A DNA stretch of 64,000 bases from Alphaproteobacteria bacterium (GTDB lineage Bacteria > Pseudomonadota > Alphaproteobacteria > MPNO01), in contig OZ219866.1 in the NCBI GenBank assembly GCA_964291675.2, forward strand, positions 1,280,001-1,344,000, in the 5' to 3' direction. The notes under the pieces were generated by a model that was not told the origin of the DNA, did no database searches, and saw nothing but the letters and a program-made list of their open reading frames with translations. Shown here one piece after another: positions 28,948-38,501 of the stretch (position 1 is the first letter of the stretch; each line of letters opens with the position of its first letter). The position numbers and the translations under genes are program-made.

Positions 28948-29775
28948 GTGGCCTACCGGCACCTGATCCTCGAACGGCGGGACGACGTGGCCGTCATCAC
29001 GCTCAACCGCCCGGCGCGCGCCAACGCGATGCACCGGCCCCTGCTGGGCGAGATGGCGGATGCCTGCGCCAAGGTCGAAGCCGATGACGGCGTCCGCGTC
29101 GTCGTGCTGACCGGCGCCGGCAACGCCTTCTCCTCGGGCTTCGACCTGAAGGAGCAGGCCGAGAACCCGCCGGTGGGCGTCGCCGGCTGGCGGGCCGTAT
29201 TGCGGCAGGATTTCGACGCGGTGATGCGGTTCTGGCACCTGGGCAAGCCGTCGATCGCCGCCGTGCAGGGTCCGGCGCTGGCCAGCGGCTTCGAGCTCGC
29301 CTGCGCCTGCGACATCACCATCGCCGGCGAAGACGCGGTGTTCGGCGAGCCGGAGCTGAAATTCGGCGCCGGCATCGTGGTCATGCTGCTGCCGTGGCTC
29401 GCCGGCCCGAAGCTCGCCAAGGAGATATTCTTCACCGGCGCCGACCGGATCCCGGCCCGGCGCGCCTACGAGATGGGGCTGGTCAACCGCGTCGTGCCGG
29501 CGGGCGAGGAGCTCGAGAGCGCGCTGGCGATGGCGCGCGAGATCGCCGTCATCGACCCCAACCTGGTGCGCCAGACCAAGCTCGCCGTGAACCGCTCGAT
29601 GGAGCTGATGGGCATGGGCGAGGCGCTGGAAATGGCGCTCGACATCGACCTGCACATCGAGGCGGAGGGCTCGCCGGACAAGCGCGCCTTCCTGGAGGTC
29701 GCCCGCCGCGACGGGCTGCGCGCCGCGCTCGCCTGGCGCGACGCCCGCTTCGCGGCGGCGCGCGGGGCCGGCTGA
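28948..29775 (+). CDS. Enoyl-CoA hydratase/isomerase family protein
   Basis: ITLNRP, AFSSGFDL, GFELACACD, FGEPE, GLVNRVV. Confidence 0.93.
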   Translation: MAYRHLILERRDDVAVITLNRPARANAMHRPLLGEMADACAKVEADDGVRVVVLTGAGNAFSSGFDLKEQAENPPVGVAGWRAVLRQDFDAVMRFWHLGKPSIAAVQGPALASGFELACACDITIAGEDAVFGEPELKFGAGIVVMLLPWLAGPKLAKEIFFTGADRIPARRAYEMGLVNRVVPAGEELESALAMAREIAVIDPNLVRQTKLAVNRSMELMGMGEALEMALDIDLHIEAEGSPDKRAFLEVARRDGLRAALAWRDARFAAARGAG

Positions 29776-29807
29776 CGGCGCTATCGCGTGCGTTGCAGCG
29801 GACCCGA

Positions 29808-30608
29808 TTAAGGTGTCTGGCGCCGCAGCCAGTCGACGATCGTGCGCATCGCCTTGTCGGCTTCCTCGATCAGGAAAAAGTGGCTGCTACGCTCGAAGAC
29901 GACGGTCTCGGCGTCGGGCATCCGTTCCTGCATCCAGCGCGTCGCGGTCATCGAGCAGACCGGGTCCAGCGCGCCGGCCATGATCAGCGTGGGACAGGCG
30001 ATCTCGCCCAGGCGGTCCAGCGTGTCGTGCGCGATGCAGGCCTTGTTGAGGTTGACGTATGAGATCTTGCTGCGCGCCTCGTCGCCGATGATCGCCGTCA
30101 TCTGGGCGACCGCCTCGGGGTTGTCGTTGTAGAACCCGGGTGCGAAGAACAACCATGCGCCGTGCCGCGCCCAGTCGGCCCAGTTGTCGCGCCATTCCAG
30201 GATCTCGCGCATATTGGTCAGGACGCGCGCGCCAAGCGGGTCGAGCCTGGCGAACGAGGCGGCCATCGCGATGGACTGCACCTTGTGCGGCGCGAGCAGG
30301 GCCATGTGCTGGGCGATCGACCCGCCCATCGACCGCCCGACCACGTGAGCGCGCTCGATGCCGAGCCCGTCCATCAGCGACAGCGTCGCCCGCGCCAGCT
30401 CCTCGGTGGTCGCCGGCGCGTCCACGTCGCTGCTCTCGCCCGAGCCCGGATTGTCGAACGCGACGACCCGGTAGTCGACTTTGAGCGCGGCGATCTGCGG
30501 CATCCATGCCCTGTGGTCCCCGGCGAGACCGTGGATCAGCACGACCGGGAAGCCTGTCCCCTCTTCGACGTAGTGCAGCTTGAAACGGCCGGTGTCCAGC
30601 GACGGCAT
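29808..30608 (-). CDS. Alpha/beta hydrolase (RutD/enol-lactonase-like)
   Basis: LIHGLAG, FDNPGSGES, GRSMGG, PTLIMAGALD, SSHF; GAGGAGG RBS. Confidence 0.88.
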   Translation of the reverse strand: MPSLDTGRFKLHYVEEGTGFPVVLIHGLAGDHRAWMPQIAALKVDYRVVAFDNPGSGESSDVDAPATTEELARATLSLMDGLGIERAHVVGRSMGGSIAQHMALLAPHKVQSIAMAASFARLDPLGARVLTNMREILEWRDNWADWARHGAWLFFAPGFYNDNPEAVAQMTAIIGDEARSKISYVNLNKACIAHDTLDRLGEIACPTLIMAGALDPVCSMTATRWMQERMPDAETVVFERSSHFFLIEEADKAMRTIVDWLRRQTP

Positions 30609-30634
30609 TTCCACCTCCTCCCCGGAGCGGCGAC

Positions 30635-31363
30635 TCAGTCGTTGAGCGCGCGCCCTTCCTCGAGCTTCTGCTTGAATTCCTCGTTGGTCAGCACCCAGCC
30701 CAGGCAGCGCGAGACCTGCTGCAACCCGAAGACATGCAGGTCGTCGCCGTACATGCTGGCCACGCAGTCCGAAAGCACGATCGTGCGGTAGTTGTTGTTG
30801 AAGGCGGTGAACGCGGTGTTGAGGATGCAGGTATTGGTGTTGATGCCCATCAGGCAGATCGTCTTGGCGCCGACATTGCGCAGCAGCAGTTCGAGGTCCG
30901 TGCCCATGAAGCAGTCGAGCCGCTTCTTGTTGTTGATGACGTAATCGCCCTCCGCGTAGAGCTCGGGGATGATCTGCGTCTGCGGCGTCCCTTCGATGTT
31001 GTGGTCGTTGACCGTGCTCTTGCGGCCCGGGGTGAGGCGGTTCTCCGCCTCGGTGATCTCGGTCATGCAGACCCAGAACGGCTGGGTCATCCATTCGCTG
31101 CCGAGGCCCGGGATCTTGCGCAGGATGAGGATGACGTGGATCACTGGAACGCCTTGGCTCCGCGCGTGATCGAGGAGGTCCTTTCCGCTGGCGATAACCC
31201 GCGCGCAGTCCTCGCGGCTCGCCGGCAGCGTCGCGATCTCGGGATCGAGATGGCCGCGATGCATGTCAATGGCGACGATCGCGGTCTCGCGCGGCCGGAG
31301 TTCCAGCATGTCCATCATCTTGCTGGTCATGTTGGAGCGATCGACGATTTCCACCGTGGTCAT
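30635..31363 (-). CDS. Isochorismatase/cysteine hydrolase family amidohydrolase
   Basis: TAIVAIDM, KKRLDCF, GINTNTCI, VLSDCVAS (Asp-Lys-Cys triad pattern). Confidence 0.88.
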   Translation of the reverse strand: MTTVEIVDRSNMTSKMMDMLELRPRETAIVAIDMHRGHLDPEIATLPASREDCARVIASGKDLLDHARSQGVPVIHVILILRKIPGLGSEWMTQPFWVCMTEITEAENRLTPGRKSTVNDHNIEGTPQTQIIPELYAEGDYVINNKKRLDCFMGTDLELLLRNVGAKTICLMGINTNTCILNTAFTAFNNNYRTIVLSDCVASMYGDDLHVFGLQQVSRCLGWVLTNEEFKQKLEEGRALND

Positions 31364-31474
31364 GGCTGGCTTCCCTCTCTCGTTGCGCCGTCGGCATCTC
31401 GACGTCGAAACCGCGGCCTCGCGGGCGGGCCGAAGCGCGGGATACGCCGGTTCGACGGCTCGCGGGACCGCGCC

Positions 31475-31504
31475 TTGACCGGCACGATTCCCGGCCTTTA
31501 GCAT
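31475..31504 (+). promoter_or_regulatory. Sigma70-like promoter of TRAP operon (copy 1)
   Basis: TTGACC-N18-TAGCAT, retained in both duplicate copies while flanks diverge; GGAGGAG RBS downstream. Confidence 0.6.
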
Positions 31505-31541
31505 AGCCCGCCAGACAACGAAATAAACAGGGGAGGAGAGG

Positions 31542-32702
31542 GTGATACACAAGAGGAGCCCGGCAATTGCGCTGGGCGCAATCTTCGCCGCATCGATCCT
31601 GGCGCTCTCGGCGCCCGCGGGCGCGAAGAGCATGGTCGAGCAATGGCTGGATGGCGAGCTGGCCCAGGCCGGCCCGAAGCTGACCTACCAGGGCAAGCCG
31701 ATCACCATCCGCATATCCACGTTTCTCGGCGCCGGCAATCCGCTGACCAGCGTCTGGGCGCGGGCGGTCAAGCGCCTGAATGCGGAGGCCGGCGGCAAGA
31801 TCCGGGTCAAGATCTTTTATGGCAACTCGCTGGCCGACGCCCAGCGCGGCGCGTTCGAGGCCGTCTCCTCCGGTGTGGCGGACGTCTCGAGCTGCTATTC
31901 GTTCATCAACCCGGGGTTCTTCGACCTGCAGCTCGGCTTGCGGCTCCCCTTCCTGTTCGAGAGCACGACCGTCGGATCGCACGCGATCCTTCAGATCTAC
32001 CCCAAGTACTTCAAGAAGAAGTTCGAGTCGAACGGGGTGCTGTTCGCGCGATCCACCGTCACGCCGCCCAACCAGATCCTCAGCCGCGACCGGCCGATCA
32101 AGATGCTGGAGGATCTCAAGGGCCGCAAGGTGGGCGGCAACGTGCAGCCCCAGTTCATCCGGGCGCTCGGCGCGACGCCGGTCGCCTTGACGGTGCCGGA
32201 GTACTACACCGGCTTTCAGACCGGTGTGGTCGATACCATGGCCATGCATGACGCCGGGCTCAAGCTGTTCCGCATGATCGAGCTGACCAAGTACCGCACG
32301 CTCGCCAACCTCAGCTCGGTGCCGATCGAATACTGCATGAACAAGGACTTCTTCCTCGGACTGCCCCGCGACGTGCGCGAGGTCTTCCATGTCTGGCTGA
32401 TGCGGTTGAACCACGCGGAGGCCGAGGTCTATTTCGACAAGGTCTCGGGGATCGGCAGGCGGGACGCCGAGAAGGCCGGCATCCAGACCTATACCCTGCC
32501 CGAGAAGGAATACGCGCGCTGGGTGGCGGCGGTGCAGCCGGGGATCGACGCCTGGGTCGAGGAGATGGAAGGCAAGGGCCTGCCGGCGCGACAGATGCTG
32601 AGCGATCTCAAGGCCAGGGTCGCGGCACTCGCCAAGCTGTCCCATGACGCGCTGTTCAAGAAGATCTACACCGCGCCCTATCCCGGGCTGGTCGACTACT
32701 AG
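31542..32702 (+). CDS. dctP: TRAP transporter substrate-binding protein, copy 1
   Basis: Signal peptide ending APAGA-K, GGKIRVKIFYGNSL, LPFLF, EDLKGRKV, LGATPV, FQTGVVD; adjacent to dctQ. Confidence 0.9.
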   Translation: MIHKRSPAIALGAIFAASILALSAPAGAKSMVEQWLDGELAQAGPKLTYQGKPITIRISTFLGAGNPLTSVWARAVKRLNAEAGGKIRVKIFYGNSLADAQRGAFEAVSSGVADVSSCYSFINPGFFDLQLGLRLPFLFESTTVGSHAILQIYPKYFKKKFESNGVLFARSTVTPPNQILSRDRPIKMLEDLKGRKVGGNVQPQFIRALGATPVALTVPEYYTGFQTGVVDTMAMHDAGLKLFRMIELTKYRTLANLSSVPIEYCMNKDFFLGLPRDVREVFHVWLMRLNHAEAEVYFDKVSGIGRRDAEKAGIQTYTLPEKEYARWVAAVQPGIDAWVEEMEGKGLPARQMLSDLKARVAALAKLSHDALFKKIYTAPYPGLVDY

Positions 32703-32758
32703 GGCGATCGGTCGGGCGCCGCGGAGCAGGCGGCGCCGAGGGGTCGAAATGGGCGACG

Positions 32759-33286
32759 ATGGTGGGTGATGCGCCGAGCGAGCCGGAGCGCCCGGAGCAA
32801 TCGGCGCTCGACCGCTTCACCCGCCACCTGTTCTTCTTCGGATCCCTCGCCTCGTTCATGGCGATGGTGCTGCTCATCGCGCTCGACACGATCCTGCGCT
32901 ATTTCTTCAACGCGCCGATATTCGGTGCGCAGGAAGTCGTCGGCCTCGGGCTCCTGATCGCGTTTCTTGTGGCCCTTCCGCATTCCTGGCATGGCAACTA
33001 CCACGTGCGCATGGACCTTCTCTACCAGCGCTATGGCAGGCGCGCGAAACTTCTGATCGACGGGCTGGCGGGCATCGGGGCGCTGGCGTTCGGCGGACTC
33101 CTGGCCTACCAGGGCTATTTCACGATCTCGCGCTACATGGCCTTCAGGAAGACGACCTCCCTGCTGGAGATCCCCTATTGGCCGTTCTCGATCTGCGTCG
33201 GCGTGTTCGCGACCGTCTTCTGCCTTTCCGTCGTCCTCAACCTGATCCGGGCGTTCCGCACGACCGCATCCGGCGACCCGCGCTAG
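32759..33286 (+). CDS. dctQ: TRAP transporter small permease, copy 1
   Basis: Four TM segments, LRYFFNAPIFGAQE, HVRMDLL, IPYW. Confidence 0.9.
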   Translation: MVGDAPSEPERPEQSALDRFTRHLFFFGSLASFMAMVLLIALDTILRYFFNAPIFGAQEVVGLGLLIAFLVALPHSWHGNYHVRMDLLYQRYGRRAKLLIDGLAGIGALAFGGLLAYQGYFTISRYMAFRKTTSLLEIPYWPFSICVGVFATVFCLSVVLNLIRAFRTTASGDPR

Positions 33287-33492
33287 ATGGAGCCGGTCAC
33301 CCTCGGGGTCATCGGTCTGATAGCTCTCGTGGTGTTGATCGCGTTCGGGGTTCCGCTCGCCTTCGCGATCACGCTGGTCGCGGTCGCCGGCATTTCAATG
33401 GCGACGATCGCGGTCTCGCGCGGCCGGAGTTCCAGCATGTCCATCATCTTGGTGGTCATGTTGGAGTGATCGACGATTTCCACCGTGGTCAT
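33283..33492 (-). pseudogene. 5' fragment of isochorismatase gene fused to antisense dctM
   Basis: MTTVEIVDHSNMTTKMMDMLELRPRETAIVAI matches the N-terminus of 30635..31363, then runs into unrelated antisense dctM sequence. Confidence 0.88.
33287..33469 (+). pseudogene. dctM: Truncated dctM fused to antisense isochorismatase sequence
   Basis: First 35 aa match DctM at 35396 except one residue; sequence then switches at ~33394 to a copy of 31265 onward; stops at TGA 33467-33469. Confidence 0.9.
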
Positions 33493-33583
33493 AATTGGCT
33501 TCCCTCTGTCGTCGCACCGTCGGCGTCTCGACGTCGAAACCGCGGGTTCGTGGGCGGGATTCGCCGGCTCACCGGACCGCGCC

Positions 33584-33613
33584 TTGACCGGCACGATTCC
33601 CAGCCATTAGCAT
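33584..33613 (+). promoter_or_regulatory. Sigma70-like promoter of TRAP operon (copy 2)
   Basis: TTGACC-N18-TAGCAT, same as copy 1. Confidence 0.6.
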
Positions 33614-33650
33614 AGCCCGCAAGACAACCAAAAGAACAGGGGAGGAGAGG

Positions 33651-34811
33651 GTGACACACAAGAGGAGCCCGGGATTTGCGCTGGGCGCAATCTTCGCCGG
33701 ATCGATCCTGGCGCTTTCGGCGCCCGCCGGCGCAAAGAGCATGGTCGAGCAATGGCTGGATGGCGAGCTGGCCCAGGCCGGCCCGAAGCTGACCTACCAG
33801 GGCAAGCCGATCACCATCCGCATATCCACGTTTCTCGGCGCCGGCAATCCGCTGACCAACATCTGGGCGAAGGCGGTCAAGCGCCTGGATGCCGAGGCCG
33901 GAGGCAAGATCCGGGTCAAGACATTCTATGGCAACTCGCTCGCCGATTCCGAGCGCGGCGCGTTCGAGGCCGTTTCCGCCGGCGTCGCTGACGTATCGAG
34001 CTGTTATTCGTTCATGAATCCCGGGTTCTTCGATCTGCAGCTCGGGTTGCGGCTCCCCTTCCTTTTCGAGAGCACGACCGTCGGATCGCACGCGATCCTT
34101 CAGATCTATCCCAAGTACTTCAAGAAGAAGTTCGAGTCGAACGGGGTGCTGTTCGCGCGATCCACCGTCACCCCGCCCAACCAGATCCTGAGCCGCGATC
34201 GGCCGATCAAGGTGCTGGAGGATCTCAAGGGCCGCAAGGTCGGCGGCCCGGTGCAGCCCGAATTCATTCGGGCGCTCGGCGCGACGCCGGTTGCGTTGTC
34301 GGTACCGGAGTTTTACACCGGCTATCAGACTGGCGTGGTCGATACCATGGCCATGCATGACGCCGGGCTCAAGCTGTTCCGCATGATCGAGCTGACCAAG
34401 TTCCGCACGCTCGCAAACCTCAGCTCGGTGGCGATCGAATACTGCATGAACAAGGACTTCTTCCTCGGACTGCCCCGGGACGTGCGCGAAGTCTTCCATG
34501 TCTGGCTCATGCGGCTGAATCACGCAGAGGCCGAAGTCTATTTCGACAATGTCTCGGAGATTGGCAGGCGGGATGCCGCCAAGGCGGGCATCCAGACCTA
34601 CACCTTGCCCAAGCAGGAGTACGCGCGCTGGGTGGCAGCCGTGCAGCCCGGAGTCGATGCCTGGGTCAAGGAGATGGAAGACAAAGGCCTTCCGGCGCGG
34701 CAAATGCTGAGCGATCTCAAGGCCAAGATCGCCGAACTCGATAAGCTGTCCTATGACGCTTTGTTCAAGAAGATCTACATCGCGCCCTACCCGGGACTGG
34801 TCGACTATTAG
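33651..34811 (+). CDS. dctP: TRAP transporter substrate-binding protein, copy 2
   Basis: Same length as copy 1; 35 of 386 residues differ by manual alignment. Confidence 0.9.
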   Translation: MTHKRSPGFALGAIFAGSILALSAPAGAKSMVEQWLDGELAQAGPKLTYQGKPITIRISTFLGAGNPLTNIWAKAVKRLDAEAGGKIRVKTFYGNSLADSERGAFEAVSAGVADVSSCYSFMNPGFFDLQLGLRLPFLFESTTVGSHAILQIYPKYFKKKFESNGVLFARSTVTPPNQILSRDRPIKVLEDLKGRKVGGPVQPEFIRALGATPVALSVPEFYTGYQTGVVDTMAMHDAGLKLFRMIELTKFRTLANLSSVAIEYCMNKDFFLGLPRDVREVFHVWLMRLNHAEAEVYFDNVSEIGRRDAAKAGIQTYTLPKQEYARWVAAVQPGVDAWVKEMEDKGLPARQMLSDLKAKIAELDKLSYDALFKKIYIAPYPGLVDY

Positions 34812-34867
34812 GGGAGTCGGCCGGGCGCGGCGGAGAGGGCGGCGCCGAAGGGTCGAAACGGGCGACG

Positions 34868-35395
34868 ATGGTCGGTGATGCGCCGAGCGAACCCGAGCGC
34901 CTGGAGAAATCGGCGCTCGACCGTTTCACCCGCCACCTGTTCTTCTTCGGATCCCTTGCCTCGTTCATGGCGATGGTGCTGCTCATCGCGCTCGACACGA
35001 TCCTGCGCTATTTCTTCAACGCGCCGATATTCGGTGCGCAGGAAGTCGTCGGCCTCGGGCTCCTGATCGCGTTTCTTGTGGCCCTTCCGCATTCCTGGCA
35101 TGGCAACTACCACGTGCGCATGGACCTTCTCTACCAGCGCTATGGCAGGCGCGCGAAACTTCTGATCGACGGGCTGGCGGGCATCGGGGCGCTGGCGTTC
35201 GGCGGACTCCTGGCCTACCAGGGCTATTTCACGATCTCGCGCTACATGGCCTCCAGGAAGTCGACCTCCCTGCTGGAGATCCCCTATTGGCCGTTCTCGA
35301 TCTGCGTCGGCGTATTCGCGACCGTCTTCTGCCTTTCCGTCGTCGTCAACCTGATCCGGGCGTTCCGCACGCCCGGACCCGGCAACCCACGCTAG
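34868..35395 (+). CDS. dctQ: TRAP transporter small permease, copy 2
   Basis: 9 of 175 residues differ from copy 1 by manual alignment. Confidence 0.9.
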   Translation: MVGDAPSEPERLEKSALDRFTRHLFFFGSLASFMAMVLLIALDTILRYFFNAPIFGAQEVVGLGLLIAFLVALPHSWHGNYHVRMDLLYQRYGRRAKLLIDGLAGIGALAFGGLLAYQGYFTISRYMASRKSTSLLEIPYWPFSICVGVFATVFCLSVVVNLIRAFRTPGPGNPR

Positions 35396-36697
35396 ATGGA
35401 ACCGGTCACCCTCGGGGTCATCGGTCTGGTAGCCCTTGTGGTGTTGATCGCATTCGGGGTTCCGCTCGCCTTCGCGATCACGCTGGTCGCGGTCGCCGGC
35501 ATTGTCGAGATCTTCGATTTCGCGCGCGCCGCCGTGCAGATCTTCAACATGCTGTTCACCAAGGGCACCAGCTTCATCCTGGCCAGCGTGCCGCTGTTCA
35601 TCTTCATGGGCCAGCTGGTCTCGGAAGGGAACATCGGCAAGGACCTCTACGACTGCGTCCACAAGTGGTTCGGCCGGCTGCCGGGCGGGCTGGCGATCAC
35701 CTCCGTGCTGACCAGCGCCGGGTTCGGCGCGGTCACCGGCGTCAGCGCGGCCGCGGTGGCGACGATGGCGACCATCAGCCTGCCCGAGATGCGGCGCTAC
35801 GACTACGACATCCGGCTCGCGGCCGGCAGCATCGCCTCGGCCAGCACGCTCGCCATTCTGGTCCCGCCCAGCCTCCTGTTGGTGCTCTACGGGGTCTGGA
35901 CCGAGACCTCGATCGGCCAACTCTTCATCGCCGGCATCGTCCCGGCGATCTTCATGTCCACGGTGTTCTGCCTCTACATCTACATCCGCTGCAGGCTCAG
36001 CCCCGCGATGGGGCCGACCGGGCCGCGCTACCCGCTGGACGAGCGCCTTCGCGCGCTCGGCGCGCTGGCGCCGATCCTGACGATCTTCGTCATCGTCATC
36101 GGGGGGATCTATGCCGGCGTGTTCACCCCGAGCGAGGCCGCCGGGGTCGGCTGCTTTGCGGTGCTGGTCCTGCTGATAATGACCGGGCGGCTCGACCGGG
36201 CCGGGTTCATCCGTGCGCTGCTCAGCTCGGCGCGGCTCACGGTAATGATCTTCACCATATTCATCGCCGTAAACCTCTTCACCAGCTTCCTCGCGGTGAC
36301 CGAGATCACGCCCACATTCATCGGGTTTCTCGGCGAATCGGGCCTGAATCGGTACCTGGTGATGGCGATCATCGTGGCGATGTTCGTCTTGATGGGCATG
36401 GTGCTCGACCCGATCGGGATGCTGCTGCTGGCGTTGCCGTTCGTCTTTCCGGTCGCCATGCAGCTCGGCTTTCACCCGGTCTGGTTCGGCGTCATCATCA
36501 CCGTGCTGGTTGAAATCGCCCTGGTGACGCCGCCGGTCGGGTTCAACTGCTATATCCTGAAGCAGATCGCCGGGGACGTCGAGATCGGCGACATCTTCCT
36601 CGGCACCGGCCCGTTCGTCGCCATGTCGCTGCTCCTGATCGCCGGTTTCACCGCCTTCCCTGGCATCGTCCTCTGGCTGCCGCAGGCGATGTATTAG
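35396..36697 (+). CDS. dctM: TRAP transporter large permease
   Basis: SVPLFIFMG, GRLPGGLA, LVPPS, SIGQLFIAGIVP, GVFTPSEAA, TPPVG. Confidence 0.96.
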   Translation: MEPVTLGVIGLVALVVLIAFGVPLAFAITLVAVAGIVEIFDFARAAVQIFNMLFTKGTSFILASVPLFIFMGQLVSEGNIGKDLYDCVHKWFGRLPGGLAITSVLTSAGFGAVTGVSAAAVATMATISLPEMRRYDYDIRLAAGSIASASTLAILVPPSLLLVLYGVWTETSIGQLFIAGIVPAIFMSTVFCLYIYIRCRLSPAMGPTGPRYPLDERLRALGALAPILTIFVIVIGGIYAGVFTPSEAAGVGCFAVLVLLIMTGRLDRAGFIRALLSSARLTVMIFTIFIAVNLFTSFLAVTEITPTFIGFLGESGLNRYLVMAIIVAMFVLMGMVLDPIGMLLLALPFVFPVAMQLGFHPVWFGVIITVLVEIALVTPPVGFNCYILKQIAGDVEIGDIFLGTGPFVAMSLLLIAGFTAFPGIVLWLPQAMY

Positions 36698-36759
36698 CGC
36701 GCTATCCGATCGGGTTGGATCGCGGCCGGCGTCGTGAAGGGCGGGCAGGTGGAACCGCG

Positions 36760-38388
36760 CTACGCCGTCGGCAGGACGTGGTCCTTGTAGTCCTCGCGGA
36801 GCTGCATCTTCAGGAGCTTGCCGGTCGCGGTGTGCGGCAGCTCGTCGACGAACACCACGTCATCGGGCACCCACCAGCGCGCCACCTTGCCCTCGAAATA
36901 GGCGAGCAGCGCCTCGCGGGTGAGCTCGGAGCCCTCGCGCCTGACCGCCACCAGCAGCGGGCGCTCGTCCCATTTCGGATGGCGGACGCCGATCGAGGCG
37001 GCCTCGGCGATCTCGGGATGGCCGATTGCGATGTTCTCCAGCTCGATCGAGGAGATCCACTCCCCGCCCGACTTGATCACGTCCTTCGACCGGTCGGTGA
37101 CCTGCATGTTGCGCCCGGGATCGATGGTGGCCACGTCGCCGGTGGCGAACCAGCCCTTGTCGTCATGGGTGTCGGACCCGCTCTCCCTGTAATAGGACCG
37201 GCACACCCACGGCCCGCGCACTTTCAGCATGCCGAAGGCGACGCCGTCCTCGGGAAGCGGCTTGTCGTCGTCGTCGACGATCTTCATCTCGACGCCGAAG
37301 AAGACGCGGCCCTGCTTGACCTGGCGGTCGCAGAACTGCTCCGGCGTCTCGTCCCCGGTGCCGTGGGTCGGGCTGTTGATGGTGCCGAGCGGCGACATCT
37401 CGGTCATCCCCCAGGCATGGCGCACCTCGACTCCGTGGCGGGCGAGGAAGGCTTCGATCATCGCCCGCGGCACCGCCGAGCCGCCGATGACCAGCCGCTT
37501 GACGGTCGACAGCGTCTTTCCCGTCTCCTCGAGATATTGCAGCAGGCCGAGCCACACCGTCGGCACCCCGGCCGAGATGGTCACCCCTTCGGTCTCCAGC
37601 ATCTCGTAGATCGAGGCGCCGTCGGCGAGCGGGCCGGGCAGCACCAGCTTCGCCCCCATCATCGCCGTGAAATAGGGAAAGCCCCAGGCGTTGACGTGGA
37701 ACATCGGCACCACCGGCATGGTGGTGTCGGTCGCGGCGACGTTGATCACGTCCGGCAGCGCCGCCGACATCGCATGCAGGACGGTTGAGCGGTGGCTGTA
37801 GAGCACGCCCTTGGGGTTGCCGGTGGTGCCCGAGGAATAGCAGAGCGTGGAGGCGGTGTTCTCGTCGAAGGAAGGCCATTCGAAGTCCTCCGACGCGCCC
37901 GCCATCAGCGTCTCGTAGCACAGCGCCCCGGGCAGGCTCGTTTCCGGCATGTTGGCCTCGTCGGTCATGACGACATAGGCCTCGACGGTCTCGAACCGGT
38001 CGGCCAGCTGCTCGACGAGCGGCACGAAGGTAAGGTCGAGGAACAGCACCCTGTCCTCGCCGTGGTTGACGATATAGGCGATCTGCCCCGCGAACAGGCG
38101 CGGGTTGACGGTGTGGCAGACCGCGCCCGAGCCCGAGCTCGCGTAGTAGATCTCGACATGCCTGTAGGTGTTCCAGGCGAGCGTGCCGACCCGGTCGGAG
38201 GGTCCGATTCCGAGCGCGCGGAGCGCGTTGGCAAGCCGCCTCGCGCGGCGTTCGAGATCGCCATAGCCGTAGCGGTGGATCGGCCCCTCGACGCTGCGCG
38301 AGACCACCTCGGTGGCCGCGTGATTGGCCGCGGCGTTCCTCAGCAGGGACGAGACCAGGAGCGGCGTCCCCATCATCAGACCTTCCAT
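36760..38388 (-). CDS. Fatty acyl-CoA ligase (DmdB/AlkK-like)
   Basis: MEGLMM N-terminus, [59 protein letters not shown]. Confidence 0.93.
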   Translation of the reverse strand: MEGLMMGTPLLVSSLLRNAAANHAATEVVSRSVEGPIHRYGYGDLERRARRLANALRALGIGPSDRVGTLAWNTYRHVEIYYASSGSGAVCHTVNPRLFAGQIAYIVNHGEDRVLFLDLTFVPLVEQLADRFETVEAYVVMTDEANMPETSLPGALCYETLMAGASEDFEWPSFDENTASTLCYSSGTTGNPKGVLYSHRSTVLHAMSAALPDVINVAATDTTMPVVPMFHVNAWGFPYFTAMMGAKLVLPGPLADGASIYEMLETEGVTISAGVPTVWLGLLQYLEETGKTLSTVKRLVIGGSAVPRAMIEAFLARHGVEVRHAWGMTEMSPLGTINSPTHGTGDETPEQFCDRQVKQGRVFFGVEMKIVDDDDKPLPEDGVAFGMLKVRGPWVCRSYYRESGSDTHDDKGWFATGDVATIDPGRNMQVTDRSKDVIKSGGEWISSIELENIAIGHPEIAEAASIGVRHPKWDERPLLVAVRREGSELTREALLAYFEGKVARWWVPDDVVFVDELPHTATGKLLKMQLREDYKDHVLPTA

Positions 38389-38501
38389 CGCACTGCCTCC
38401 TTCGCTCGGCTTGCCGGGGGCACTCTATCGCCGCGGAAAAAGGGCGACAATTCGGTCTCGCCGGATACACTCGCCCCCGGTGACGGCGGGGGAACGGGAC
38501 G

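Larger units (their letters stand above)
31262..33390 (+). repeat. Tandem duplication, copy 1 (~2.1 kb)
   Basis: Contains the 5' end of the isochorismatase gene, the divergent promoter region, dctP, dctQ and the first ~35 codons of dctM; aligns to 33391..35503 (offset 2129 then 2109). Confidence 0.97.
33391..35503 (+). repeat. Tandem duplication, copy 2
   Basis: Direct repeat of 31262..33390 with a net 20-bp shorter intergenic region. Confidence 0.97.
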
